DNA of 64,000 bases from Raja brachyura (taxonomy: Eukaryota), in contig OY740808.1 in the NCBI GenBank assembly GCA_963514005.1, positions 12,896,001 to 12,960,000 of the forward strand, written 5' to 3'. The notes below the pieces were generated by a model. That model did no database searches. It was not told where the DNA came from and worked only from the letters and a program-made list of their open reading frames with translations. Positions 52,210-64,000 of the stretch are shown here, in pieces. Both the position numbers and the translations under genes were made by a program. Position 1 is the first letter of the stretch; the number at the start of each line of letters is the position of its first letter.

Positions 52210-54630
52210 CGCTGATCATCTTTTCTACCTCAGTCCCATTCCTCTGCCTTCTCCCCGTAATCTTTGACGCCCTTATTCGTCAAGAACCTAACAATCTTTG
52301 CATTAAAAATACCCAATGACGTGGCCTCCATCGCTGTTAGTGGGAATGTTTTATCAACCTCTGGCTATGGAAATTCCTCCATATCTCCATTCCAAAGGTA
52401 AGTCTTCATACTCAGAGGCTGTGCCCTCTGGTCCCAGACTTTCCCACTACTTGAAACATCCTCTCCGCATCCACTCTATCTAGGTTTTTCAGTATTCATT
52501 GGGCTTAAATGCCCCCCTCCCCCCGCCCCCATCCTTCTAAACTCAGAGTATTGAAATGCTCCTCTTATGTTTACCAAAACCCCGGGATCATTCTCACAAA
52601 CCTCCTCTGGACCTTTCGAAACCTCAGCATTATATCTTTTATTTTATATTCTAGTCCTCTCAAAATGAATGCAAACATTACATTTGCCTTCCTTACTACT
52701 GAGTCAACCGGCTAATTAACCTTTTGGAAACCCCGCACTGACACTCCCAAGTCCCTTTCCATCTCTTATTTCTAAATCCTCTCCCTATTCAGAAAAAAAA
52801 TCTACGTTTTATTATTACTTCTACCAAATGGCATGATCGTACACTTTGCTGCACTGTATTCCATTTGCCTCTTCTTTGTCTACTCTTCCAACCCGTCCAA
52901 GTCCTTCTATAGACTCCCTGCTTCCTTAACAGTACCTGTCCCGCCACCTATCTTTGTATCACCTTGAAACTTGGCCACGCTATCAATTCCATCATCCCGA
53001 TCATTAAAAAAATATTGTGAAATGTAGCGGACCTAACACTGACCGCTGTGGAACATCAACAGTCACCGACAGCCAACCAGAAAATACCCCCTTTATTCGC
53101 ACTCTTGGCCTTTTGCCAGTCCAAGTAAACAATATCCACTGGCTTTCTGTCTATCCTGCTTGGTAGTACCTCACAGAATGGCAACAGATATGTCAGACAA
53201 CATCTCTCCTTAACAAAACCATTTGATGCTGATTTTATCCTATCCTGTACTCCCGAACCTTATCCTTAACAACGAAATCTAAAAAATTACCAGCCACTGA
53301 AGTCTATTTTGCCTCACTCCCTTCCTCAACAGTGGATTACATTTGCATGTTCATGCGCGCGGTGAAAGCTTGCGTTTAGGATGGTTCATGAAAACTCTCG
53401 CGTTTGCCTCTGGCAAATCGATGTAATATTGAACTGTTAGCCCGTGTGTAAGGGGTCGTCAGAGACGCCGCTTGGACTTCAATGCCAATTATGAGATGTT
53501 TGGAGCAGATTGGAAAGAGCCAACTTGCATGAACGTTGAAAGCCAGGGTCACCTTGAGTGAATCTAGTAACGTCTTTGCCCCGCGTCCAGTGTCACATTG
53601 ACAGACGCATGTAACGCCCTTGGTCTGTTGGTGCAGCTTGATTCTATCACCAACTCTAGTGTATTAGTCCTCGCTGATGCAATATAATTGCTCCCGAAAA
53701 AAACCGCGCTGAAAGCCAATCCCACCCCCACCTCTTTCCCTCTCTCAGTAGAGGTGGTGGAATGACTCAGTTGGCAAAGAAAAAAATCAAATCCTTAGCA
53801 GAAAAATGACACCGGATCAGAAAATGTAGAATGCCTGTGGGTAGGGTTAAGGAACTGCATGGGTAAATAGACGCTGATGGGAATTATATCCAGGCCTCCG
53901 AATAGCAGTCACGACAAAATACGTCAGGATGTAGTAAATCCATGGAAGAAGGCAATGTTACGGTGGTCATGGGGGATATCAAAATGCAGGTAGAATGGGA
54001 AAGTCAGGTTGGTAATAGATCCCAAGAGAAGGAATTTGTAGAATTCCTATGAGATTGATTTTTATAGCAGCTCCTGGTCGAGCCCTCCAGGGAAAAGACA
54101 ATTCTGGATTTGGAGTTGTGTAATGCAACAGATTTGATTAGGGATCTTAAAGTGAAGGAACCCCTAGGAGACAGTGATCATAATTGGATAAAAATGTAAC
54201 TTGTAGTTTGAGAAGGAGAAGGCAAAATCGGATGTATCGGTGTTACTATTGAGCAAAGGTAACTACAGAGGCATGAGAGAGGAGCTGGCTATAGCTGATT
54301 GGAAGGGGACCATCGCAGGAATGACGGTGGAGCAGCAATGGCAGGGGTTTCCGGGAATAATTCTGAAGACGTTGGATTTTTTTCATCCCAAAGAGGAATA
54401 CACATTCCAAGGGGAGAATAAGAACACCATAGCTGAGAAAGGAAGACAAAGACAGCAGAAAAGCAAAAGAGAAGGCATATAATACAATAACGATTAGCGG
54501 GCAGCTAGAGGATTGGGTAGCTTTTAAAAACAAACAGAAGGCAACTAAAAAAGCAATAAGGAGAGAAAGGATTAAATATGAATGGAAGCCAATAATATAA
54601 AAGAGGATACGAAAAGGGTTTTCAGATGTG
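52210..54630. mobile_element. Decayed CR1 fragments (minus: about 52210-53120; plus, endonuclease region: about 53750-54630)
   Basis: Similarity to the other CR1 copies in the window. The 53130-53740 spacer between them is not CR1. Confidence 0.75.
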
Positions 54631-55943
54631 TATTCAGCCGCTTTTGTGAACGCTGCGATGCGTTCTATGCATTTTACGTGCACTATCAAGGACAATTCAA
54701 AATCCATTTCGTTTGCCATGTTTGGTACAGCTGGAAGAGCTGCTGCCTCGCAACGTCAGAGTTCCGTGTTCGAAATAACCTTGGATGCTGTCAATGTGGA
54801 CATTGCTCGTTCTCTTTGTAACTGCGTTGGTTTCCTTTGGGTGCTCCGGTTTCTTTCCACAGCCTGCATCGTACGCTCATTTGGGTTCTGTAAATTGCCC
54901 CTCGTGTGCAGGGAATGGATGCGAAAGTGGTATAACACAGACCTTGTGTGTACGGGTGATCGATGATTGGCATGGGCTAGGTGGGCCGAAGGGGCTGTTT
55001 CCATGCTGTATCATTCAATCTATTAATTCATTACCTGATACCATGAATTGTGCAGAATCCATTATCCAGCTTCAAGTGTGACCCGTAATAAAAATGTACC
55101 GGTTGATACTTGCGACTTAGCAAACACCAACCGCTTCTTGAAACCAATCGTTTCATCTACTTCCCTCTTGTTCCGAATATAAATATCCACCAGAAAGTGG
55201 ACACTTTCATTCAACTATCTAAATGCAATCATTGTGTAAATTTGTTAACTATTCAACCTCAAGGAACAGAGGCAGAAAATGCTGGACATCTCACCAACCA
55301 GGGCAACATCCGTGGAGAATTAACGTTTCACATGTGATAACATATCATCAAGGTGAAAGAACAACTCCGGATCGTTCTTGCCAGCTGTGATATTTTTCAA
55401 ACCCTCGTTTACGGAGCTGCGGTGGCGATAATACCCGTCTCACCAGCGCTCGGCCGGTGCTTACGAACGAGCGGTTGGTTGGGCGTGACGGCTCCTGTGT
55501 GGCTGTTCTTGACATCAGCTGGATTGCCACATTGAACCCAAGAAGAACACATTCCATTTAACACTCTGATGTCCACTTTACGAATTCTGTCACGCCTACC
55601 GGCCCAGCCTTTGTATCAACCGTCAATAGAATAGAAAACCTCGTCTTCAAAATAATTCTATAGTTAGCCCGTCACGGGCTAATAAGGCAAAGAGGAAATT
55701 TCAAATGCCTCACCAGTCTATTTATTTCGATGGAAAAATCCACCTCCACCGTCTTCTTCTGACAGTAAAACCGCGTGCTTTCATTATAATAACCGGCTGC
55801 AGATTCGTGGGATGCACTCAGAGAACTGTCAAATTGCTACGTTGCGCTTCCTGTATTCGTTCAATGGTAAAGCTGACCAGTTAATTACTTCTGATTGTAA
55901 GCAGGTTTTGTTTATGAAATATAACACACTTTTCAATATGTAG

Positions 55944-56024
55944 ATATGAAGATTTCTGTTGATGTTAAAGAACTTCGAGATTCATTTAAAAGCGCCAATG
56001 GACTAAGCACACGCCAAGGAAATG
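55944..56024 (+). CDS. Type II membrane receptor, exon 3: neck
   Basis: ttttcaatatgtag|AT...G|gtaagt, 81 bp, phase 1-1. Encodes YMKISVDVKELRDSFKSANGLSTRQGN. Confidence 0.8.
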
Positions 56025-56199
56025 GTAAGTGAGTAGCTACCACAAGGAACAATAAATGTATCTTTGGTTCTTGGCTCTTCGCTATTCCATATGTTTTCCT
56101 TCTTTCTAAAATGTTGTCTCATCAGTGTCAATGAAATCAAAGCACATTACAATCAGGACAGGTACGGATACATGGAGCGTTTGCTTGTTTGACTAGATA

Positions 56200-56530
56200 T
56201 AAGGTCATAAGGTCACGGGTAAATGGGACAAAATTAGGTAATTCGGCGCCATCAAATCTACCCCGCCATTCAAACAGCTGATTTATCTCTTCCTCCTAAC
56301 CCAATTCTCTTACCTTCTCCCCATAACTCCTCACACCCATACTGATCAAGAATCTATCTATTTCTGCCTTAAAAATATCAATTGACAGTGCTTCCACGGC
56401 GTTCTGTGGCAAAGAATTCCACAGATTCATCACCATATGACTAAAGAAATTCCTTCTCATCTCCTTCCTAAAGTAACGTTCTTTAATTCTGAGGCTATGA
56501 CCTCCAGTCCCAGACTCTCCCACTAGCAGT
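56200..56530 (-). mobile_element. CR1 3' end
   Basis: GHSLRIK...RNFFS...NLWNSLP motif and 3' UTR. Confidence 0.8.
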
Positions 56531-57711
56531 TGAGTGGATTTGTGGTTGAGTGAATAACAAATGGTTCACTACTGAGATTGGCGCTAGAGAGTCAACATGA
56601 TTTATAATTTATACAAATAATTTAGATGATTGCACGGTTGGTTTTGATGTACAGTCTCTGTTGTACATATTTACATCCTTTCTGTGTGATGGAAAGCAAT
56701 GTGATGGGAGCAATTTAAAGAAGATGAACTAGACCAAAATTTGGAAAGATGGGTTGCTTTATGAAAAGGATACCAACGCGTTCCTATATAGTCTACCAAC
56801 ACTTTCCTCGCCAGCAATTTAAAAATGACTGTCCAGCACTGGGACATTATTTGATTCCCTATTGTAAACCGGGATGTACACAATTATTGCGATACTAATC
56901 CATTATCACCACCATATCTGGACTAATTGGGAAATTTCCCCAGAGTCACAAAATGTCAAATTCAATAAATAATACAGTCTGTCTGTAGTTCGCCTTTGGG
57001 CAGTTCCAATTTTGTTAAATGCCGTTCACTATCTAATCACAACAAATATAATTACCACCTCATTTACTGTCATGCTGTAGCATTAACTTTGTAAATAATG
57101 GCGGCTGCAAATTACTTATTTAGTATCTTATCAATACCCTCTGCCCCTGAGTAGAGATAGGGCTTTTAGCCCCTAAGTTCTCAGTTGCTCCTTGAATACA
57201 ATTTTATTATGTTAGGTACGTAAAATAAATGTGGATTTCCTTTACACTATTCCCTGACCTATTTTAATATTCTCTCTGACCCTGTTATTGTCGCCTTCTA
57301 GATTTTTATACTTTTTAAATTCATCTATACCTTCTACAGAATCAGGCATTTAATGTTTATGATAACGTTCTATTCAGATGTAATCCCTTTACGTTTTGTC
57401 ATCTCAAGAGCTCCAAATATATCAAATATCCTCTTTGAAAATATGATGTCGTTCAATTAATGTTGTAGCTCATTTATGTTTTATTCCAAGATTTCCTGGT
57501 AAGATCCCTGCACTAAAGGTAATGCACAGTATATAAGATGCAATATGCTGAAAATGCTTGTATGACCAGGTAGATTCACAAACAGAGTAGAATGCTGGAT
57601 GTCATTAATAGTGGCATGTGTTAAAAGATAATGAACTTATGACAGGTCAGCCGAACTAAAAGATCACTCTGGTCTGTTTTGGGCACAAATCTGTATTTAC
57701 TGAAAGTAAAA

Positions 57712-57895
57712 CTCAAAGTGCTGGAGTAACTCCGCGGGTCAGGCAGCATCCCTGGGGGCCATAGATTGGCGACGTTTGGGGTCGGACCCGAAATGTCGCC
57801 TATCCATATCCTCCAGTGATGCTGCCCGACGCGCTGAGTTACTCCAGCACTCTTGTGTTACTCAAGTTTCCAGCATCTACAGTTCCTTGTGTCTC
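57712..57895. mobile_element. Old Penelope-derived fold-back insertion
   Basis: Opposed copies of the CCCGAAA(C/T)GTCGCCTAT...GCTGAGTTACTCCAGCA unit, with the centre deleted. Confidence 0.65.
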
Positions 57896-58351
57896 GGATT
57901 CACCAAAGGTGATGTCAAGAGTGGGATGTTAATACTATGAGTATCTAGGTTGTGGAACCTGGAGAAATATTTTTTCCAAGGAATAAAACTACAAATTGTT
58001 AAATATTTTGTCTGAGTGGATGGGGAATTGACTGCTTGCAGAAATGAAGTAATCAGCATAATTTTTAACACAGGGTTGGGGAAAACCTCTCCATGCGGAA
58101 CGTGTTTTCTGTGAATTCAATCTTTCTAAGGGAATGGATAGATTAAAAGTGCATTGCATTTTGTCTAAAGTATTCAAAAGGTAACATTTGGTTTTCTGGT
58201 GCCACTGGAATGGGTGCCGAATCTGCGGCGAAATGTATGCTGCTCACTCTGTTACTGTTCTTGGCCCGTATTTACAGACTTAAATGTGCTTCAATAAACC
58301 TTAAGTTGATTTGCTTTGCAAGTCTTCACAGCATGCGAAACTTCAAAATAT

Positions 58352-58365
58352 CCACCAGGTGGCGC
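58352..58365 (+). promoter_or_regulatory. CTCF consensus motif
   Basis: CCACCAGGTGGCGC matches the canonical CTCF core. Confidence 0.6.
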
Positions 58366-58622
58366 TCTTTTCCTAATCTATATAATACTAAAATTCTTCG
58401 CCTTGTTTGTGGCTGTGTGTGTGTGTGCGTGAATCTGGTTAATCACAGCCCTCCCATTTTCACACATTCTACTCACATTTTTCCCGTCGAGGCGATAAAC
58501 ATTTTCTCGTTGCATTCCCACCTATATTTCCAAACTTTTTAATAATTTAAAGTTTTAAAAACAGCCCGAAAACTCACCCATTTCAGAAAAAAAAACCCTC
58601 AGTAACGTCACAATGCACTCAC

Positions 58623-58954
58623 ATGGCAGGACGGGACACTCCGGGTGGGTGGGGCACTGCAGTGCTCACGTGGCGACGGATGCAGGCGCCTGACGCCTGG
58701 TGGGGAGGGTGGTGCTGGAGTGAGCGCCGAGCCCGGGGCTTGGGATGGGGCCTTGACCGGACCCAAAAAAGAAGCCCCCGCTGGAACCAAGGATGAGCTG
58801 GGGTCCATGGTCAGGGACGAGCCCGGAAATGAAGTTATAGCCTGCACTGTAGCCCAAGCGGTGGCTGAGCTGACAGCTGGAGTCGGGGCTGGGCTGAGTA
58901 TGAGAACCAGGCCGAGTTCCTGGACCTGCTGCTGCTCTACGACCTGGGTACGTC
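58623..58954 (-). pseudogene. Apparent captured host exon inside the Helitron-like element
   Basis: Polypyrimidine tract plus CAG acceptor at 58955 and GTGAGT donor at 58622. 110 open codons (RTQVVEQQQVQELGLVLILSPAPTPAVSS...PPTRSVPSCH), GC-rich unlike the surroundings. Confidence 0.5.
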
Positions 58955-58974
58955 CTGGGGCAGGGAATAGGAGT

Positions 58975-59480
58975 GAGGGGAGGAGGATGAGGGAAATGAG
59001 GAAGAGGGAGATGGGGTGGAGAATGGGGTGGTAGAGGGAGATGGGGGGGGTGTGTGGAGGACGGAGATGGGGGAGGGATGGAGGAGTGAGATGCCCCCTC
59101 CCTATCTACCCCCCTCTCTCTCTACCCCCTCCCTCTCTACCCCCCTCCATCTCCTTCCCTCGCTCTCTCCCTCTCTACCCTCCCACCCCCCCACTCTACT
59201 CCCTCCCTCTACCTCTTCCCTCTACCTCTTCCCTCTCTGCCCCTCTTCCCCTCTACCCCCTCCCCCTACCTCTACCCTCCCTTTCTATTCCCCTCCCTCT
59301 CTACCCCCTCCCTCTCTGCCCCCCCCCTCCCTCTCTACCCCAGCCCTCTCTACCCCACTGCCTCTCAACCACCCCTCCCTCTCTACCACCCCTCTCTCTC
59401 CATCCCCTCCCTCTCTGGGGATTGAAGAGGGAGGGTGAAGAAGAGGAGGAGGATGGAGTGCTGGGGGATGAGGAGAAATG
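58975..59480. repeat. Purine/pyrimidine-skewed low-complexity tracts
   Basis: GA-rich, then CT-rich (CCCTCTCTAC-like units), then GA-rich. Confidence 0.85.
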
Positions 59481-60605
59481 AGCCGCGCCTGCGCAGTTGG
59501 GGGCTATACGTGAGTGGTGCAATATTGCATTAGGGGAACGACTTGCGTCGGGGGAACGAGTGAGTTGTGGAATCTTGCATTTGGGGAGCAGACCCAACGC
59601 GTCTGCACTTGGTCTAGTATTAAACTACAAATCCCTGTGTAGCCGCCCTGGGCTTGTAACAAAAGGAATTACTTCTTCATTCAATAAAATTATAAGTAGT
59701 GCCTCGCAAACGATCTAACCATTAATAAAGTGATTAAATGTGTCGTACACGATGGCATCAAATAAAACCCATTCCCACTGCACATTCACCACTGACCTGT
59801 TCATTAATGCTCATTTTGTGTTTGGCCACGGCCCACTTGACTCCGTGGAAAATGTGCTAAATTCCAAAGCTGGATTGAGAATGTCTTCATCTAAAGTGCA
59901 GTGTTTGACTGAGTGGTGTTTGAATATAGAGTAGACTAATAGAAATCAATGAGAAATCTCCTCACGGACTGGGAAAAACTGGAGTTTTTTTTTTAATGTT
60001 GCAGACATTGGAAATCATCAACCCAATCCCAAGATAACACTGCTGGAGTTTCTCAGGCCTTGTCTCAGACCAACATATCGTCAATTACTTCAGGAATATT
60101 AGCAGTGGTGAATCAAAAAACTGCAATTGACAAAATACTGTAATAAAAACATTACATGCTGGAAACATATAGCAGTTTAGGCAATCTCTATGCAAAATGA
60201 GAGGTTTTTTTTTTCAGACCTAAAGGGCATATCCCACTTGCCGATTTCTTTTGGCGACTGCCGAAATTTGGCTCATTTGTATTGTAAGAGTAATTGATTG
60301 AGTGTTTCCTGGATTTGAAATCGGTTTTGCAGACCATTGACCACCTTTTTGCACTCCCAACTTGGAGCCTGGTGTTAAACATATCTTGCCAACAATTTGT
60401 CATTTGAGACCAATTTTGCAAAGATCTGACAGGTCAGTCTGAAGATTTCAATGCATACAAATGAAATTGCAATGCAAATTCTAACACTAGATGTAATCTG
60501 TCATTTGGCTGCAATTATTAAGTGAATGGATAGTTTTTCACTAATCTACTCTGGTTGAATTGTAAGAATTCTAATTTTGAAATCAACAATGATGATCTTT
60601 TCAAG

Positions 60606-60683
60606 ATATTCGGATTTCAGAGGATGTTAATCAGTTAAAGGAGGCTGACAAACGCTTGAGTTCTGAACTGCAACAACTGAAAG
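60606..60683 (+). CDS. Type II membrane receptor, neck exon (coiled coil)
   Basis: cttttcaag|AT...G|gtaaag, 78 bp, phase 1-1. Encodes DIRISEDVNQLKEADKRLSSELQQLK, with a heptad pattern and similarity to exon 3. Confidence 0.8.
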
Positions 60684-60904
60684 GTAAAGACTAGAATCTA
60701 TAATGAAAATTATTGCCATGTTCTGCCAGGTCCTTCTTATTCCAATGATTCTCTGCCATCTCACCATCTACCCCTAACCCTACATATACCCATACTCTGA
60801 AACAGAGGACCTTCCTTCTTGTATTGATCTTGTGTTGACAAAGACATGCATTTTTGCTAAGTAATTATAGGAGTTGAATCACACTCCGCTGTAGAATCTT
60901 TTCT

Positions 60905-61345
60905 AATGAGTAGGTTGAGGTACGATGAGCATTTCACGGCACTGAGCCTCTACTCGCTAGAGTTTAGAAGAATGAGGGGGAAGCTCAATGAAATGTACAG
61001 AATAGTGAAAGGCTTGGACAGAGTGGATGTGGAAAGGATGTTTCCAAGAGTGGGAAAGTCTAGGACTAGAGGTCATAGCCTCAGAATTAAAAGACGTTCC
61101 TTTAGGAATGATGCGAGGAGGAATTTCTTTAATAAGAGCGTGGTGAATCTGTGGAATCTTTACCACAGAAGTCTGCGGCAGCCAAGTCAGTAGATATAAT
61201 TAAGGCACAGATTGATAGATTCTTGGGTGTCAGAGGTTATGAGGAGAAGGCAGGAGAACAGGGTTAGGAGGGAGAGATAGATCAGCCATGATTGAATGGC
61301 ACAGTAGACTTGATGAACCAAATGGCCTAATTCTGCTCCTATCAA
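60905..61345 (+). mobile_element. CR1 3' end
   Basis: [11 protein letters not shown]...RTRGHSLRIK motif and 3' UTR. Confidence 0.85.
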
Positions 61346-61884
61346 TAAGATCTTATAATCTTATCATTCGGCTCCCACAGGGAATATGCCTTTAAGAACT
61401 GATGTCCTTCTCTGAATTCAAACCATTGGTAGTTGAGAAATAGGTGATGCCCTACTGGGTTTCTGCACGGACCCCCTTTCAGTGATCGCTTCAGGGTGTA
61501 AACCACTGTAAATCATAGACTCCAATTGCATTTTTACCATTTTTTTAAAAGACCTAAATATGTCATGCTGTTAAATCCATCTGGGTTTTAGTGGCCAAAA
61601 ATGATTGCATTGTTGGGCAATGGTGCTCTACATTTATATTCAACTACTTTTATTATTGTTAAACTGTCAAAGGTGATGGGAATTAACCACGTTGATCAAT
61701 AGACACAAGAAGCTGGAATAACTCAGCAGGACAGGCAGCATCTCATACAGCAGAGGACAGACTTTGCTCTAGGTTCCCAGCATAACAAAACACAATCTGA
61801 ACAGAAGACTTTTTAAAATTACCTTCATTCACTTAGCAAACTATTGAACTTGTGAAATAACTTTACAATCCATTTTGTGTTTAG

Positions 61885-61980
61885 ATTTACAGCTCGGTGA
61901 TCACATTAACCAAATGCAAACTCTTATGGAAGCCCTAAACATGTCAACCCTCTCTGAGCTACAAAATCTTAAAGAAGATG
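61885..61980 (+). CDS. Type II membrane receptor, neck exon (coiled coil); gene continues past the window
   Basis: ttttgtgtttag|AT...G|gtatgt, 96 bp, phase 1-1. Encodes DLQLGDHINQMQTLMEALNMSTLSELQNLKED, including an NMS glycosylation sequon. Confidence 0.8.
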
Positions 61981-62106
61981 GTATGTAATTCCTCCTTAAT
62001 GCAATCACTTGCAGCAAAGCGTTTCATTAAAATTTGGTGTGAAAAGTCCATAGGGGAAGAATTTATGCACATGACATTTGAGAGTAAATTTAAATTAGAA
62101 TTTTAC

Positions 62107-64000
62107 TTCGGAGTCACGTGAGTGACTACGTGAAGACCCCGCCAGCACGCATGCGCGACATATCGTCGTTCGCATGCGGAAGCGACAGTCGGGAGGAGCG
62201 GGGCTCCTCCAGCGATGGAACGGTAAGACTCACCAGAGTGGTGAGCGCGGCGAGAGTAGCGGCAAGAGCTGCTGCTATAGAGCGCAGCCAGCAGCGTGCC
62301 GTTTTTTCTCCGAGCTGCAGGTGCTACCTGCAGCTCCCGAATTCAGCCCGGGAGGACTGCTGGTTCGCCATGGACAGGCGGTAAAACCACCCGTTCGTTT
62401 CTCGAGCTGCAGGTGCCACCTGCAGCTCCCGAATTCCGCCCGGGAGGGCTGCTGGTTCGCCATGGACAGGCGATAAATCCACCCGATCTTCTCCGAGCTG
62501 CAGGTGTTACCTGCAGCTCCCGAATTCCGCCCGGGAGGGCGGTTGTTTCGGCACGGACAGGCGGTAAATCCACCGGGACTGGTTCGCCACGGACAGGCGG
62601 TAAATCCACCCGGAAGCCGATCGGGACTGTCGACTCAGCTGGGTCCAGTCCCGAGGACACCCCGTTCGCTGTAGCAACGGAGGTCGTCTTACCCGCATGG
62701 AGCGGATGGTGGAGCAATTGCTCCAGCGTGACCTGCTTTAGCAGGGGCAGGGTCACAGTGGGCCTCTTCGCAGGCCCACGGCAGGATCCTATTATGGACT
62801 GCCTAAATGTCTCACCCTCTTCGGAGGGGAGCATTGGGGGTCAGAACTGGGCTGACCCAAAAAGGGGGAGTTGGCTGAACAAACCAACAGTGTCAGGGGT
62901 GCAGTGAAGAGTTCTGGATATGGTAAGTAACATGCAGTTCCTTCTAAAAAGGTTACCTATCCACCCCAAGCTGGCAGCTAGTTCAATTATATGACTACAA
63001 ACCAGCTTCAGGAGCAGCCATCTATGCTATAGCTGATAAGTACTTTGCTCCTGATAATTGTACTCGCTATTGTTCCCGCGGTAAATACCCTATTTGGGGG
63101 ATCATGAGCCCTACGATTAGAGGGCAAGGAGTCAAACTTCAGAGGATCCTGAAGCTTTTGACCGCCGGTATTTCGGCAGTGCCAGTACTGCGGTGGGTAT
63201 AGAGCTACCGGTAGGAAAAGGATGCTCTGGCCTTACTGTGAACACAGTTTGAAAATAACTACAGGAAGAGCAACTCACCCCAAATTGGGGGTTATGCAAA
63301 CCAGGTACGCTCAACCACCATATCTGCTGTGCGGAGCTCCCCAAACAGGTGAAAGACCTGGACAAAGAGGCCATAGGGCTGATAAGGTACCCAGTACCTC
63401 CAAGCGCACTACCAACAGCTACAGCACCCCTACACACCCAAAGCTCGAAGGCCGGCCCACCTGCACAACAGCCTTTTTAGGCCATGGCCCAGCCCGGCCT
63501 TCTGGAAAATGCGCCACCCCTACAACGCATCAACTCAAACAGAAGAAATAACGGTGGTATTGGACCACTACGCCGGCAATACCTTGGAGGTAGGTGGGTC
63601 TGCCTCCCCCAGGAACATCATATGTCTAAAATTCATCTTATGGGGGAGACCGGTTGCACTTTTACCTCTGATCCTTACATATTCGGAAGTATTCAGGGCT
63701 ATAAAATTAATTCATTTACGAACTCCCTGCCCCGGTGCAGCATTCGCCTAGCCGAAAGTTTATACTTTCACAAAGAAAGAACGGCGGGCCATGCTGAACT
63801 ATTCAGAGGGGTTATTGAGAGAATCACAGGAGTTTGTATCTAATATATTTACCAAAAATAAAAGATGGCGGATGCCGCATAATCATAGACCTGACCGAAC
63901 TGAATACTTCTGTTCAGTATGTTCATTTCAATATGGACACAGTAGCCAGCTTATAGCTATGGGTACTACATGGCATGCATTACCCTCAAGATGCATACTA
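62107..64000 (+). mobile_element. DIRS-like retrotransposon, decayed, running off the window
   Basis: Same 5' terminus as 38810 and a decayed gag homologous to it. Near 63840 there is a frameshifted RT start (SNIF...KDGGCRIIIDLTELNTSVQYVHFNMDT) typical of DIRS RTs. Confidence 0.82.
62312..62612. repeat. Tandem repeat of about 91 bp with internal hairpins, inside the DIRS element
   Basis: GAGCTGCAGGT-N3-ACCTGCAGCTC at 62312, 62404 and 62495, followed by shorter partial units. Confidence 0.85.

Larger units (their letters stand above)
58377..59617 (+). mobile_element. Non-autonomous Helitron-like element
   Basis: 5' end A|TCTATATAATACTAAAA followed by a GT-rich tract. 3' hairpin GCAGAC-N7-GTCTGC (59588-59606), then CTAG|T. 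No TSD. Confidence 0.72.

Noticed and set aside
57491-57518. Possible micro-exon with flanking AG and GT sites
   Set aside because: Neither donor preserves phase 1, and the longer option contains an in-frame TAA.
59016-59481. Long Pro/Leu/Ser-rich ORFs
   Set aside because: Artefacts of CT-rich low-complexity sequence.
60202-60300. Possible extra phase 1-1 exon after the T-tract/CAG (open frame to T|gtaaga)
   Set aside because: Its start resembles a MITE-like terminal sequence (from memory), and the peptide has no neck-like heptad pattern. Needs RNA-seq to decide.
62312-62612. CRISPR-like palindromic repeats
   Set aside because: The intervening sequences are themselves repeats, there are no cas genes, and the array lies inside a eukaryotic retrotransposon.

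Overview
Vertebrate genomic DNA, almost certainly from a cartilaginous fish (probably a skate or ray; inferred from the Ig gene type and repeat families). The left ~48 kb is a head-to-tail tandem array of a ~18.6-23 kb unit: a partial unit at 1-6548, then units at 6549-25138 and 25139-48158. Each complete unit carries one intact minus-strand immunoglobulin light-chain mini-cluster (leader exon, germline-joined VJ exon with no RSS, C exon) whose C domain is of the chondrichthyan lambda/type II kind. The two genes differ almost only in CDR codons. The units are packed with decayed CR1 LINEs, tRNA-SINEs, Penelope fragments (several with minimal hammerhead ribozyme cores), a truncated DIRS element and a Passport-like Tc1 transposon. 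The Tc1 is present in one unit, and the other two show a TA-CTG-TA excision footprint at the same site. To the right of the array, five small phase-1 exons that the ORF track misses or merges with intron sequence (50809-61980, + strand) splice into the first 150 aa of a type II membrane protein: cytoplasmic tail, transmembrane segment and coiled-coil neck. This is most likely a C-type lectin receptor whose C-terminal domain lies beyond the window. Its introns hold a Helitron-like element carrying an apparent captured exon, a consensus CTCF site and a second DIRS element. Most ORFs in the supplied track are transposon debris or chance ORFs. All alignments and counts were made by eye; repeat boundaries are approximate.
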